Below the pieces are notes generated by a model. It saw nothing but the letters and a program-made list of their open reading frames with translations, did no database searches and had not been told where the DNA came from. This document shows, in pieces, positions 12,410-25,544 of a stretch of 64,000 nt of DNA. The stretch is from Eledone cirrhosa (Eukaryota). Position 1 is the stretch's first letter. Every line of letters begins with the position of its first letter. Where the stretch lies: positions 162,998,001 through 163,062,000 of the forward strand of contig OZ024740.1 of NCBI GenBank assembly GCA_964016885.1. The letters run 5' to 3'. Both the position numbers and the translations under genes were made by a program.

Positions 12410-13430
12410 ACATCATTTTACATCCATTTTCCAGGCTTGAATTAATTAGATAGGTCTTCTCTAGCATAGTGTCTTGTTATTTGTCCTTTGCATTCTTTTT
12501 TTATGAGGTTCAGCCTCCTGAAATTAGCTTTTATGACCACTTTTGTCTTCCTATTCTGTATGTTCCTTCCACTTGGACTTTTTACCAAACTGTTATTTTC
12601 TATAAGCATCAGTTCAATCTTCTCTCTTGATCACTACAACAGATTTCTTTTGCCCAGTTTTTCTCTCAGCTCACTTGTGCTCCATTTGTTCATGCACATT
12701 AACTTCTCACATCAAACAGAGCATACTTGTCTCATTATTTTTGCAGCATTGAAACATGCTTGATATTTAATGTCCATGTTTCACTACCATACTATATAAC
12801 CTTTCATATACAAGTATCACGCAATCTGCTTTTTATACTCAGAGAAAACTGTTTTGTTACCAACAGAGATAATAGCTTCCTGAACTTTTTCATTCCACTC
12901 TTACTCTAGCTACTATGCTTTTGCAATACCCTTTTCCACTGCTTACCTAGGTAAGAGCAGCTATAAACTACTTCTTAAGAATCCTACAAACATTTGAAAT
13001 AATTTAATTCCTGAGTACTCTTACTGCTAACTACTCCTGTGCATCAGCTACATACAAAGTTCTCTGTCAACCCATGCCTGTGACCCCATAATTTACCTTA
13101 TGGAAATCTTATCTACTTCTTTTCAGCATATCAATAATGTCATAGGTGGCAGAAGAGTTTTGTCTTCTTTCCTGCTAGTTAAAATTTTTGTCTTTGTTAG
13201 GATTACCTTGAGAGCTTATGATATATTTTGCTTCCATATTAGGAATTTCTTCTCTAATTCTTTGACAGATTCAGCTATGAACATTATTAGTATATAACAT
13301 GGAGAACTACAATAAATTGGAGGAAACCAAGAACTGAGTTCTTATGGATGCCCACCTGCATGCTATATTCCTTGCTGAATTCATTGCTCTCACCATGTTG
13401 ACAGCATCTCTGTACATGACTTGCAAAACT
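12410..13430 (-). mobile_element. Old, heavily decayed RTE LINE
   Basis: Remnants alignable by eye to families A/B ('catgtttcactaccatac' = YGSETW region; 'gattcagctatgaac' = LIAES region). Confidence 0.75.
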
Positions 13431-15849
13431 CAAACAAATTCCTGAATCAACTAATAGTTCAGTTTGTGCATTAAGTTATATAGCATTCTACAATATAGTT
13501 TAAATACTCTTGTAAATTAGTTTAATGTCACTATAGACTTTCTCAAATGCAGAGATAGTAACTTAAACAATATATCTTGGTAACAACAAGGAAATGCTTT
13601 TGCAGAAATCAGAAAGTTCACAGTAAAACATAACAGAAAAGAAAGATTAAAGGAACATAATAGAATAGTGTACAATGTAGTAAAGTACAATAACATGTTA
13701 CATATATCAAAGAACTATGGTGTTAAAAGCAGGTAAAAATAATTAGCAGTTTACTCTTCATATGTAGAGAAATTCTAGTAATTAATATCTAAACAGCAAC
13801 ATTCAATGATGAATATTAAATGAATCTTAGCAGTAAAAAAGAAAAACATTCACAATATTGTGTCGCGGTAATGTTGTACAGCTATATTATTATAACATTA
13901 AGATATAAAGGTGTTATTCTTTTAAGAAACATTTATATCACTAAGTTTTCAATAATCAGTAATGTACATATTAAATACACAACTTTTGAGAGGTGGAAAA
14001 CAAAAACAAAGCAAAAAAATAATCAGTCTAATTTTTGCTAGAAATGACTCATTTACAAAGATTTTTCAACTTTGCAAATAAATCTCTGCTTGCTATTATT
14101 AATTTTAAAATATATGTTTGCTCAGTGCTACTATTAATAAGAGGGTTAATCTCAAATGTTTGTTTTAGTTTTGGTTACACAGTTTTCTATGAAATTCTCA
14201 AAAAGAGAATATTTACCAACCAAGTTACTGCAGCAGATATCAAGTCTAAAGGGGCCTTTTAGGAGCTACAATGAACAGTTCAAAAAGATATGTCAATTGA
14301 TCAATAACAGGATTTATAACAATTGGCAAGAGCATCAGAGGAAAATATAATATTTATTTATATTTTATAATATTTATAGATGTTCAAGAGTCAAATGTTG
14401 ACCTCATATTACAATTATATGGTTTTAAATAACCAATTAACTTTTCTTTTACACTCAGTTAAACAAGTAAAATGTGTAATATCTAAACAAATGGCAGACA
14501 TTTAAAGATAGCATCATAACTTAAATTATATTTTCATTCAGTTAAGCCTGATCATTATCAACTACATTGGAGAAAATTAGATTTCTCATCCTAACATTTT
14601 GTTGTGGATAAAAACAAATCAAAACTGTCAAAATTATTTCTGTTGTATATTTAACAAGTTAGCAAACATTATTGATAGTTGATAATTTTAAGAATTGAGA
14701 AAATAATAATGATTATTGTTTCAAAATGAGTGAGAAAGAAGTCTTTACAAAAATAGGATTGATAAAAAAAAATGTTAACATTTGCTATTTTCAACATTAT
14801 TCAAATGATATAAGGCACCCAATTTGACAGAGATACTATTTTAACAAGGTTTTTGATCCAGCAAGAATATGATATTTTGTACATTTGGATATCAACATAT
14901 GGAGGGAATAATTGTTTTCAATGCTGGAAACCTTTCACATTCAACTATGAATTAGGAGTAAATATTTTATATATTTTAGGACAATCATTGAAATTCTTTG
15001 AAATATGACACAAACGTTTTTTAAACTAAATAATATCTAAGAAACCAACATTGTAGAGATATCTGGTAATTCCTCACAGTAACTTGTTTCATGCTAATCA
15101 TGTTAATCAGTTATAACCCATGATTCTAGGGCAGAAGCAAAATACAAATTAAGATAAATATGAGGCGATCATTTAAAGTCATAGCTGATCATGGGTTTGC
15201 AACTACAAAAGTTCTTCTCCAAAGTGCAAGCCCAAGAAACGTGTTTTTGTGAAAGACCAACGCTCAGCCATGCTTGCAAATCCCTTATTTCCATGCCACT
15301 AATGTCCAAGAGAAAAGGCAAGAGCTGATATAGCTTGGCACTAATGATATCACAGGCAGTCTCAGAATGCAAAGGGTCAAAGGACATACTACAAAGTATC
15401 ACCCCAATGCTCTAACAATACTGCCAATTCATCTCAATCAACTGATACTTTATTGATCTTAAATGGATGGAAGGCAAAGTTGACCTCAGCAAGGTTTTGA
15501 ACTCAGAGTCCAGAAAGCTGGAACAAATACCATGAAGAATTTTAATTTGCTGCTCTAACAACTATTTGAAATATTGTAACAGATTATTAAAGGAAACTAA
15601 TTTAAATATAAGCATTAATAATAAATGTTTGAAATACAAAATCTATAGTATAATTGTAATAGTATAATTTATCAATGGAATTCTTAAACATATTTATTAC
15701 ACATGTTTATTATTAAACATTCGTGCAATTAATGTTTAAGTACAAGATTACTTCTAGCTCGTATAAAGGAAAACAGAGCATGGAGGTGGGCTCTGGAAAT
15801 GAACCCATAATAATGTGTAACACAATAACCAAACTTATTAAACCACATT

Positions 15850-17290
15850 TTCAATCTGAAAGCATATCACATAATTGATTTTTGTTTTATTTTATTTTTT
15901 TTGTTGTTCATTCCATTGAGAAATCAAATTTAAAGTACTGTAAGCACATCATATGGAGACTTTCTCAGAAGAAAGGACAGGAACTAATGGCTTATAGTGA
16001 TTAAACATTGGTTTAAGGGGAAACCTTGTACATGCAATGAGTTTGAGTGATATCCAAAGTAAAATCCAAAGTTTGAGCAAGCTTTTTAGTACTAACATTA
16101 TAAAATTAAAACTTAGTACAGACGGAATCAAAGGCATGATTGGGTGCCTTTAGGTTATATGTGGTTAACTATGAAAAGTCAGACCAACAGGATAATAATG
16201 CAAAAGTCAAACGGAGGGTAGAACATAAGTTTGGATTAAAATGGAATCTAAGCTTGCCAATCAGGCAAGAATACTTGTACAACAGATCAAAAGTGTTGAC
16301 AACAGAACATACTTGGGGTTATACATTTGGAATAAATTCTGAAAATATCAATAATCAAGTAAAAATGGACAGGTCTATATGTAAAAATAATATATCATGA
16401 TTAAACAGTTTTAAACTTTATAAAGGATTAGATTTCCTAACCAATTTAAAATCAATTTTAATTTTATATATTAACAAATATCAACACAAATTCAAGTTGT
16501 CTTTACAGTTGGGCTTTGTTGATGTGATAAGAAAAACATATTTTTTATCTTTATGAAGTATTATTGATAATAAATAAGTATTAAGTCAAGTGTTTTCCAT
16601 TTGAGAATTTGGATAAATCTCTCATGTAAGAAATATTAGAATAAGCAATGGAAACATTCAAACAGAGGATATTCTAGTGCAGATAACAGAAAAACATAAC
16701 ATTTTCAATTCTATTTAACTAAAAAAAAGTGCTAACAATTTCAATTGACAAAATAAAATGTGCTTTTCCTAAATTTCACTGATCAGAATGTTAGGAATCA
16801 AAATCTGACTATGGTAGGAACGTTTATCAGCTTAGAGCAGTTAAAAGCTTTTGATTAGATGAATAATCAATAAATTTTCACAGTTGGTAGTATTGGTGTT
16901 TGGGCTGGTTTTCACAAAATAGATTGAGATGCTGTTAGGCAGGGTTGATTGTTCTTATGAAAACATTTCCTCTCATGTAAATTCAAAGCTAAATTATTAA
17001 TTTCTCAAGGATATTTGCTTTTGCCTTTCCTGTGATTGGTTCTAGACTTATTAGTATTTAAAAATGTAGATTATCTGCAGATCTTTCATTATGTAAAGAT
17101 ATATTTCTTTATTATTTTTTAGGAAAGTGATATTGATACCACTGCTATAGTAATAGCTTCAAATTGAAAGAGTTTGTAAAAGTAGTAGGGAAAGGGAATT
17201 ACTGCTAAGTATTCAAGTATTATAATTAGACTGATATTCCTTTGTAGAATGAGAAACTGCTTAAGATGTAGAAATTTGTTTGAGAACTGA
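15850..17290 (-). mobile_element. Possible decayed CR1/L2-type LINE ORF2
   Basis: Minus-strand NHYKPLVPVLSSEKV resembles the NYRPISLLxVxSKV motif; the rest is too decayed and the limits are uncertain. Confidence 0.4.
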
Positions 17291-17334
17291 TTGCCAAAAG
17301 GATGAAAATAATAATTGTTCCTAACATATGAAGA

Positions 17335-17775
17335 AATCCAGCAATTTTGAGGAAAGGAAAAGTCAATTAAATCGACGCCAGTATTTTTCTGGTACTAAAG
17401 TTGACCTCAGCAGGATTTGAACTCAGAATGCAAAGAATCATAATGAAATATTGCAATGCATTTCATTTGACACTCCATCAATATCACCAATCCACAACCC
17501 TTTCATAAAAATACTATGTCTGATTTAAACTTAGAATGTTGATGTTAGAAACTAAATACCAGAGGGAATTTAACAACCCCCTGTGTCTACCAGCACACTC
17601 CTAACAGTGATGATAATAATAAAAATAATAATAATGGTTTCACATTTAGGCATAAGGCCAACCATTTTGGGAGAGGGGAAAGTCAATTAAATCGACCTCA
17701 GTGTGTTACTGGTACTCTATTTTATCGACCTCAAAAGGATAAAAAGCAAAGTTGACCTCATCAGGATGTGAATAA
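17335..17775 (-). mobile_element. Cluster of Meta-type SINE fragments
   Basis: Two 'aagtcaattaaatcgac...ctggtact...aaagttgacctca' segments (about 17335-17500 and 17635-17775). Confidence 0.8.
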
Positions 17776-17789
17776 GACAGTAGGGACAA

Positions 17790-19350
17790 TATACAGATGA
17801 AAAAAACAAACAAAAAAAACATATTGGAATTTACAGCAAGTAAAGGGAAGGGGACATCAACAAAGGGAAAGTATTAGATATAACAATAACACTAATTGTA
17901 ATAAATAGTTCTGATAACAATAGAAAACAATCACAAATATCAACTCAGAAAAGTTCAATACAAGGAGACTGCATTTTAAGGTAATTCCAGGGAAAACCCC
18001 AGATTACCCTGTCACTTTTTCCAGTTTCTTTCTTCCTGCTTAGAAAAGCATAGTCAGAAAAGACCCATTCAGTTTTGTCAATCTCACTGTTCCCACCCAT
18101 CTATCATAAAACACACTAGAAGGCAGCACTTCCCTCTATACCCTCATCTTTTTACTCTAGATACTTGAAAATCTTGATAAAGGCTTCACTGCAGATGAAG
18201 TGTTTTGCTCTCAAAGCATTTAGACATGTCTACCATACTGCTATTTTCAGCATAGCTACCCAGCTGAGGGAGACTTTTTGTATTTCCCTTCAAAAGAAAG
18301 GTGGTGGTCCAATTTTCAACAGAGACCTAGCTGAAACCAAATATCTTCTACAAGCGATAGCAGCTGTTTGGCACAAGCGATAGCAGCTGTTTGGCACAAG
18401 CTCATAAGTCTGCAATGTATCTCAGGTTTGGCTGTTGGCACTTCTGTACATGTAGAGCTTATCTCAAACTTGTAGTGACCCTTGTAGCACTACCATGCCA
18501 AAGAATTTTGGAAATTATCCATAATCCCTGACCTGAAAGTCCTCCTGACAAGTCTACCCACATAGTTTTTGTCAACATCAGAACAACTCTCAGACTGTTG
18601 TGACTAACCCTCTATAGAAAGCAAGTGTTATCTATCAGTGGCTAATGATATTGTCTAGCTGGAAAACATACAACAGGCTGAGTCTCTCATCTGCAAAATC
18701 TTCAACAAAGTGTAGCTTGAAAACCACACATCTATTTAGGTCAGATCACATATGTTCTCTGTGTGATCTGTCAGAGTCTGAATTGTAGCTTTGTTGCCTT
18801 CTTGCACTTTTGCCACCTGGGCCCATTGGACATCTGAGGCTTCATATTTTAGTACAAGTGCCCTAGTAGAAACGATGCATCCTTGATGTTTTGTGTTGAA
18901 GAAATGGTCAAGAACCATTCCTGCTACTAGTACATCAGTTGGGGTGCCTCATCTATGCAGTTCTTCTTAATAATTAGTTTCTTCTTCACTCTGTCATTCT
19001 CTGTAGCAAACTCTTTGCTGAAACTCACCAATACTGTCCTAATTTTCCCCTTTAATGAAAGCCACCATTTGTTTGTTTATAATAGTACCTGTCAGTTCCT
19101 TAAGCTGGTCTTTGAAATATTTCTGTAAGAGGAAGGAAATGTTTAGTTTCCAGTAACTAGAAACCTATTTATTAGTTTGTTCTAAGTTGACTGTAGAGGT
19201 CACACATTTGTGGTGTCTATTCCCCACTACTCAAAACTGTGGACAATTAACACATTTTATCTAGTTGATGAAAACTCTTCTATCTAAATATGACCTGAAT
19301 GACCTGCTGCAATTTGTCCAAGTCAATGACACATTCAGGAAATCCAAATG
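17790..19350 (-). mobile_element. Decayed L1/Tx1-like LINE fragment (endonuclease end, linker, C-terminal region)
   Basis: GC-richer segment with remnants resembling CPQF...DH(K)xV and (Y)WKLN; T-rich 3' end on the minus strand. Confidence 0.55.
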
Positions 19351-19394
19351 ATTTTTTAAATTTATTATAAGTATTATTATTAGTTAATAATAAT

Positions 19395-19579
19395 TGGTTC
19401 TACTTTAGGCACAAGGCCAGCAATTACCCAGTACATTACTGGTACTTTATTTTATCGACCCCGTAAGGATGAAAGGCAAAGTTAACCTCGGCGGGATTTG
19501 AACTCAGACTGTAAAGGGGCGTAACTATGCTAGAAAGCATGGCGTCCAACCCTCTACCGATACTGCCAATTCACCGCCC
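19395..19579 (-). mobile_element. Full-length young Meta-type tRNA-derived SINE with 17-bp TSD
   Basis: A-box TGGCAGTATCGG, B-box GTTCAAATC, core GCCTTTCATCCTTACGGGGTCGATAAAATAAAGTACC; TSD tattagttaataataat at 19378-19394 and 19580-19596. Confidence 0.92.
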
Positions 19580-19619
19580 TATTAGTTAATAATAATGCTG
19601 ATGATTATCATCATCATCA

Positions 19620-21170
19620 TTATTTCTCTATTAAGCACAGAGAATTTACAAAGAAAAACACAAAGGACAGCACAAGGCAATATAGTGTAGGTTTATGGAA
19701 ACATGCAAAAATGAGAAATAACAAAAACAAAAGTGGAAACTTTGAAGATGAAAGATAATCCTTAATAGGAAGGAGACATCTGAGGGCTAAATGTGGAAAA
19801 GCCCACAATAAGACAGATTCACCTAGACCACTAAGGCAAGTGCCTCTCCTAGTTGCAGGCCCATTATTCAGCTCATGTTCACCACTCTCATCCACTATTC
19901 AACATAAGCAGTACTTCCCTCTCCTCCTTCAATTTCCTTTTCCAGTGAAACTTGAAAATGTTGAGGGTTTTGCCAAAGAAGAAGTGTCTATCTTCAGCCC
20001 TTTCAATCTCATCCACCACACAGCCTCATTTGTTGTGGTCACCAGTCAGATAACTGTTTGTCCTTTCTGGTAAAAGGAAGGTGGCATGGCAATCTTCATA
20101 ATGGACTCTGCTGAGAACCAAATCCATCTTACACATGATAGCAGTTGTTCAATATAACTACACAAGTCAGCCAAGCTTGGGCACTGAATTAGTGTGTGCA
20201 GGATAATTTCATTGTTCTGCATCTCGAACAACTTGACTTCCATGTCTGTAGAGTTTATACTGAACTGGCAATGCCCCTCAGTAGCACTAACAGGTCAGGG
20301 ATCTCTGGAAATTGCCCAAGGACCCTGAACTGAAAATCCTCCAGAACAGACAAGCCAGTTGATCATCATTGATGCCCAAAGTTTCCCTGAGAACATTTGT
20401 CATTTTCACCTGCTACTAATTCTCTACAGAATGCCAATTGAACTTCCACTAACTGTATTGCTTGGCTGATAGAGGGCTGTGAGTGCTTGACAACATTCCA
20501 GTTGTCAAGTGTCTTGGTCTTCATTTGACTCTGTCAAATAGATAAGCTAGGGAAGATGCATCTGACAAATGGTGACCACACTCATTCACCATCAAGGAGA
20601 TGCTGGAGATGTTGCAGCCTCAGAACATATCTGCATCATCAACCATGGCATTCCTAGTCCTCTGCACAGCAGGTGTTAACAGCAAATAGAGCACCAGACC
20701 ACAAAAAAAACCCAAAGAACAGTCATGTCAAATGTGGATCAGAGCAAGGCATCAGCCAATTGGTAACAGATGGTGGACGCAATGTAGATGTTTGTCACCT
20801 TTGCTGAACTTTTCAGAGACAAATTCTTCTTGGACGAGACTGGTCACCCTACTTATCACATTATCCCAGTTCTTGTCCACCTTAAAATCTAGATTAAATA
20901 AGACCCTGAGCAATTTAAATGGTCCATCCATATGGTGCTCCATTCCACTGTTGGAAGGCATAAACTTGCTTCTCCAAATGTTGAGCTGCAGGTCAATCAA
21001 GTTTTTCTGGTTGATTTTTGCTCCTGTCACCACTTTGTGCTCCTCCAGAGTAGTGCTGGTTATCTCAATCTATTTGGTTTCCAACATAACTACAGTTATG
21101 TTTCCCTCATATGCCAACATAGATCTTCTGCATCTCAGTTCCATTTGAAAATGTAGTGGTGCTCAAAGAG
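19620..21170 (-). mobile_element. Decayed L1/Tx1-like LINE fragment (RT C-terminal half)
   Basis: AYEGNITV (decayed AYADDxTV) followed by VTGAKINQK...GPFKLLRVLF...KNWDNVISRV, typical of the Tx1/L1 RT end. Confidence 0.7.
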
Positions 21171-21927
21171 GAACTGGTTATAATAGCATAAACACTAGGT
21201 CAGATATTTGTGGGTAGGTGTTAAGTCAATTAAATCAACCCCAGTACTTGACTGTTAATTTATTTTATCAAACATAGAAGGATGAAAAACCAAGTTGACT
21301 TCAACAGGATCTAAACAAAGAAAGTATCTGGAACAAATGCATTTGTTTGAGAGTTAGTCAATTAACTCGACCTCAGTAGTTAACTGATACTTGAATAATA
21401 TAAAAAAATGCAAACAATGTTTCTCAATTAAGTATTTGCCGAGATGTCAATAATTCAGCATGTTAACTCAACACTTATGATTTTAGGTACATTTAATGCA
21501 GTAAAAAAAAATCCATCAGTTTAAGGAAGAGGAAAAAGGAAAGTAACCAATCACCAGATTGGACTAGTGAAACTTTGTTTCCATTAGTCTTTCCATTGCT
21601 GATACTTGGCTGTCTGTTGCAACTCCTGGCAAGTGGGATTTGAACTCAGAATATACAGCAGCAAATTAGATAACACAAAGCATCCCATTCAATTCTTTAA
21701 TATTTCCATTAATCCACCAACTCTGGACTGGTACTTTATTAACCCCAAAACGATGAAAGGCAAAATTGACCATAGGAGGGTTTGAAATCAGGGTACAAAG
21801 AACTGGAACCAATACAAAGGCATTTAATCTTATACTCTAATAACTCTGCCAATTTGCTGTCTAAAGAAGAGGATTTGTGACATTTATGCCTTAATACAAT
21901 TGAAATGTACTAGAATATTATACACAC

Positions 21928-22044
21928 GTGTTTTGAATAGTTCCTTGGATTCGTCCTTACGATGATGTCTATGATGTCTCTTGCGATGCCGTCGAGACCT
22001 TGGTACACGAAGACCAATGTAGACAGTTTCTTGTGAGCGATGAT
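21928..22044 (-). CDS. SLC4-family bicarbonate transporter (NBC/NDCBE-like), coding exon 2
   Basis: Acceptor tttacatttcag|; phase 1; (D)HRSQETVYIGLRVPRSRRHRKRHHRHHRKDESKELFKT matches the SLC4A7/8/10-type N-terminal HRxxxIGVHVP motif plus basic His/Arg tract. Donor |gtgtgt at 21927; alternative donor |gtaagg at 21960. Confidence 0.88.
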
Positions 22045-22224
22045 CTGAAATGTAAAAGGTTATGTAAATTACTCAATTACTGATTTCTTAAATTAACACA
22101 AAGGAATCGGTTATTTTTTCAGAGCAGGAATGGGGGCTATAGTCAATGGAATATACTCAATTAAATAAATCAATAAAAAACACTCGGGTACTAAACAAAC
22201 AAACATCAAAATGCATGTATACCT

Positions 22225-22615
22225 GCCATACAACAATTTATTCTTCCTTTATGCCTTATTTCACCTTCCACTCAACAAATTACCCTTCTTTCATACATCA
22301 ATTCAAAACTTACCCCTATTCTATACCACGACTTACCATCTATACAACTGCATACAACAATTTACCCTCTACACAACAAATTACCTTACATATAACAACT
22401 TACCCTCTATAAAAACAATTTACCCTTCATACACCATACCTAGCTCTACACAACGTAACTGCCATTCAATTTGTTTGCCCTTCATATATTTTTACCCTCC
22501 ACATATTCTAGCCTAACAACTTACCTCCTATACAACATCCTAGTCTAATAACTTACCTCCACATACTTTACCATCCCTAACAGAACATATTCTCACTCAA
22601 AACAACTTACACTTC
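22225..22615. repeat. Degenerate ~19-21 bp minisatellite (consensus about tacaacaacttaccctcta)
   Basis: More than a dozen recognisable units within the SLC4 intron. Confidence 0.85.
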
Positions 22616-22663
22616 ATTCAAGAAAAATAAACTAAAAAACTAAATTTTAATCTTTAAACATAC

Positions 22664-22763
22664 CTTGAATATCAGCATCACTTGTAGTATGACTGTGTAC
22701 AAATGTACCAAGATCTCGTACAGCTTCCGTCTCCATTCGAGAACTTTGCTCAGGTTTCGACAT
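22664..22763 (-). CDS. SLC4-family bicarbonate transporter, first coding exon (exon 22810-22664)
   Basis: Acceptor ttcttttcag| at 22811; in-frame upstream TGA; Kozak CCACC-ATG; MSKPEQSSRMETEAVRDLGTFVHSHTTSDADIQ (EAVRDLG resembles SLC4 EAVVDLG); donor CAAG|gtatgt, phase 1, splices in frame to the next exon. Confidence 0.88.
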
Positions 22764-23839
22764 GGTGGAATACTTATTCACAACAGTTCAGATATACCCA
22801 TAACATCCGCCTGAAAAGAAACAGAAATATATATATGAATAAGTGAAATGATTAAGTGAATAAAATAGGTTTGTATCCAAGAAAGAGACATCTTGCTGTA
22901 TGTTGGAACAAGACTGCTTTGATTTGATTAACTGAACAATAGATTCCAGACGTTATTTGAGGAAAATTATCTTAATAGATGTTTGTCTTATTCAAAGAGT
23001 GGAACAGTTTATTTTAACTCTTTTAATACCACAGAAATTGGAGCTGAACATTAGAATTATGACCTCTTGTGATTTATGATAGTATTACATTAGCAACAAG
23101 AACTACTACTCATTAAAAGGAACTTATTCAATCTTCCCAGTATCTATTAACTAAGTAATTTGTTCATGACCACTGTTGAGATATTTTAATTTAAAGACAT
23201 CACGAATATGTTTAGCCATAATATTTTGTTAGTTATAATCATAAATGGCTTCCTTATTATCCAGTAAGATATTCATTCACCTGATACTGAGTGCCAAATG
23301 TATGATAAGTCTTTAAGTGAGATATCATCATAGGCAGCTAATAGACATGGTCTTTAATGTTGAATAGAATGCCTTATAGTATTGAGTTTAAATGAGAAAC
23401 AAGGAGTTTAGATAGAATGCTTTTGTCATATTTGTTCCGGCTCTCTGCAAACTTCTGTCAAAGCTAACTTGCTTTTGGGGTTGATGAATAAAGCACCTTT
23501 AAAATACTGGGGTCACCCTCTGCTCTCTCTCTCAGCTATATGAAGGACCAAGAAAGAAGCATTAACATGCTGATCCTACTAATACTTTCCTCCAACTCTC
23601 TGTGGAAAGGACAAGAAAGAAAGATCACATGCAAGTTAAACAAAACAGATTGAATACATAGGTGGCTTTTTTTCCATCTCCAAGTTATTAAGAAGAATTG
23701 ATCTCAGTTGTGCAAGTTAATGATATACAGTAGCTTTGTACCAACTTATGGTACCTATTTACAGTAAGTCTGAAGCATTCATCATTCAGTCAGTATTACA
23801 ACATGTTATTCCGTTAGCCATCTGTGAATCATGAGAGTT

Positions 23840-24045
23840 ATTGTTGGTCATCCTCAGATCAATCTTGATTGAGCATAACTATGATCAAAGACATTCCAAC
23901 CATGACTTTTCAGAGGTATGTCTAGCAGTTAATTATTCGATGTCTCCTTTCCTTAATCAAGACAGTAGAGTGTTACTTTAGGGAAATTTTGCAGCTAATT
24001 CTATCATGACAAGTAACCATGTAAAACCTCCTTCATTGGTTCATA
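23840..24045 (-). mobile_element. Body/tail of an abundant dispersed repeat (probably a long SINE)
   Basis: Related segments at about 11860, 29410, 37700, 43870, 47330, 49855, 54720 and 58040 ('tgctagaaatagcagccaaat...ggataatgtag...gacctggggctaaacaac'). Confidence 0.65.
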
Positions 24046-25544
24046 AATCCTGGAACAGGATACTCTTGGTTCTAGACTCACGTTGGATTACATATTTTGC
24101 TGTGCTATATATATTCCTTAGAAACTTATAAAGTCAGAAACACTCTCCCAAACTACAATAATATAAAAGTGCAAATATTCAAAATTAAGACCAGGTGGTA
24201 ATTTTTTAACATAAACGAACTAGCCCAGCATGTTGTGGGAAGTTCAAGTGCCCATTCATAATTATGTCCAGATAAAATGAGGTGCCAGCCTATCAGTTGC
24301 CAGAAAATCAGTGTTGTTCCTATAGCATGTGTGAAATATCCATCCTTTTTTATCAAAAGATTGTATCAAACTAATTTTTTTATGAGCGAAATCAAGAAGT
24401 AATCTAATGTTATTAAATATTAGAACCTGATGTTAATAAATATTGTTAAATTGTGATAAAACATACAGGTTTTACCGCAAAATGAAAGTAAAAGTAATAA
24501 TTAAAAAAACCCATTAAATGGAAGCAAAAACGATAATACAAAATTAACTAATAAATGTAATAACAACAATAATAAAAATGAATGATAAAAATAACTAATA
24601 AAAACAATAATAAAAATATATAATAGTGTAAGAGAAAAAATAACTAGAAGTGTGTTTTAATAACAAAAGGTATAACAACAGTTGACAATATTCGCAGTGT
24701 TAAGAATGTAGTCATTGATTAGTTTTATTACAGTGATTGTTTAAGAAATGTCTGACTAAAAGGCAATAAATGTACATGTTACTGGTGTTTATATTGGTTG
24801 AGGAAAGAGGGTTGTGATAGGGGAGGAGAACTCTTTGTATGTGCAATAGATTACATACTATATACATATACAAGTTTGTTTTAGTAGTAACATACAAACA
24901 AATAACAGGTTTGGAACGAATGATTGCTATTAGACATACAAAGCAAACATGTTTCTATACAAGACACAATATCAAAGCTAAACTTCAGGATGGAAATAGT
25001 AACAAAATGATAATGAAACATAAAAGAATAAAGAAGAAAAAAAAACAGAAAAGAAAATTATTATTGTTGTCATTTGGTAACAGTAGTTCACATTAGTGAA
25101 CTTCTGATATGATAAATATATGACATTCATACTCCCTAATGAATTACATCTTACGTAGTGCTCTCTCTCTCTCTCTCTCTCTCATATAATAATAATAATA
25201 ATAATATAATAAATAAATAAATAAATATATATATATGTATATATATATATACATATATATATATGCACATGCATTCGTATGTATTATCATCATTTAATGT
25301 CTGTTTTTCCATGTTGGCACGAGTCATTATATACCAAGTCAAAACTTAATTAAAGCTACTGTCTTCGCTGAAGGGCAAGGGGCCACATCTAAATTATGCA
25401 AGCTCTAGTTTTGACATTGTTTCTACAACCAGATGCCCTTCCTATCATTAGCCTCTTTACTGTACTGGGTGCATATTATGGCACCAACACTAGTGAGGTT
25501 GTTGTTCTCTTGAAGAAATTGAAGAGTTCTCTCAATCTGCTGTT

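Noticed and set aside
15169-15402. GC-richer 77-aa ORF as a downstream SLC4 exon
   Set aside because: No SLC4 motif (RVQFILG, WKETARW) seen and no convincing splice pair.
18351-18401. 23-bp tandem duplication (others at about 7302, 26330, 49954 and 52071)
   Set aside because: Ordinary slippage duplications; they have no spacers, so they are not CRISPR-like.
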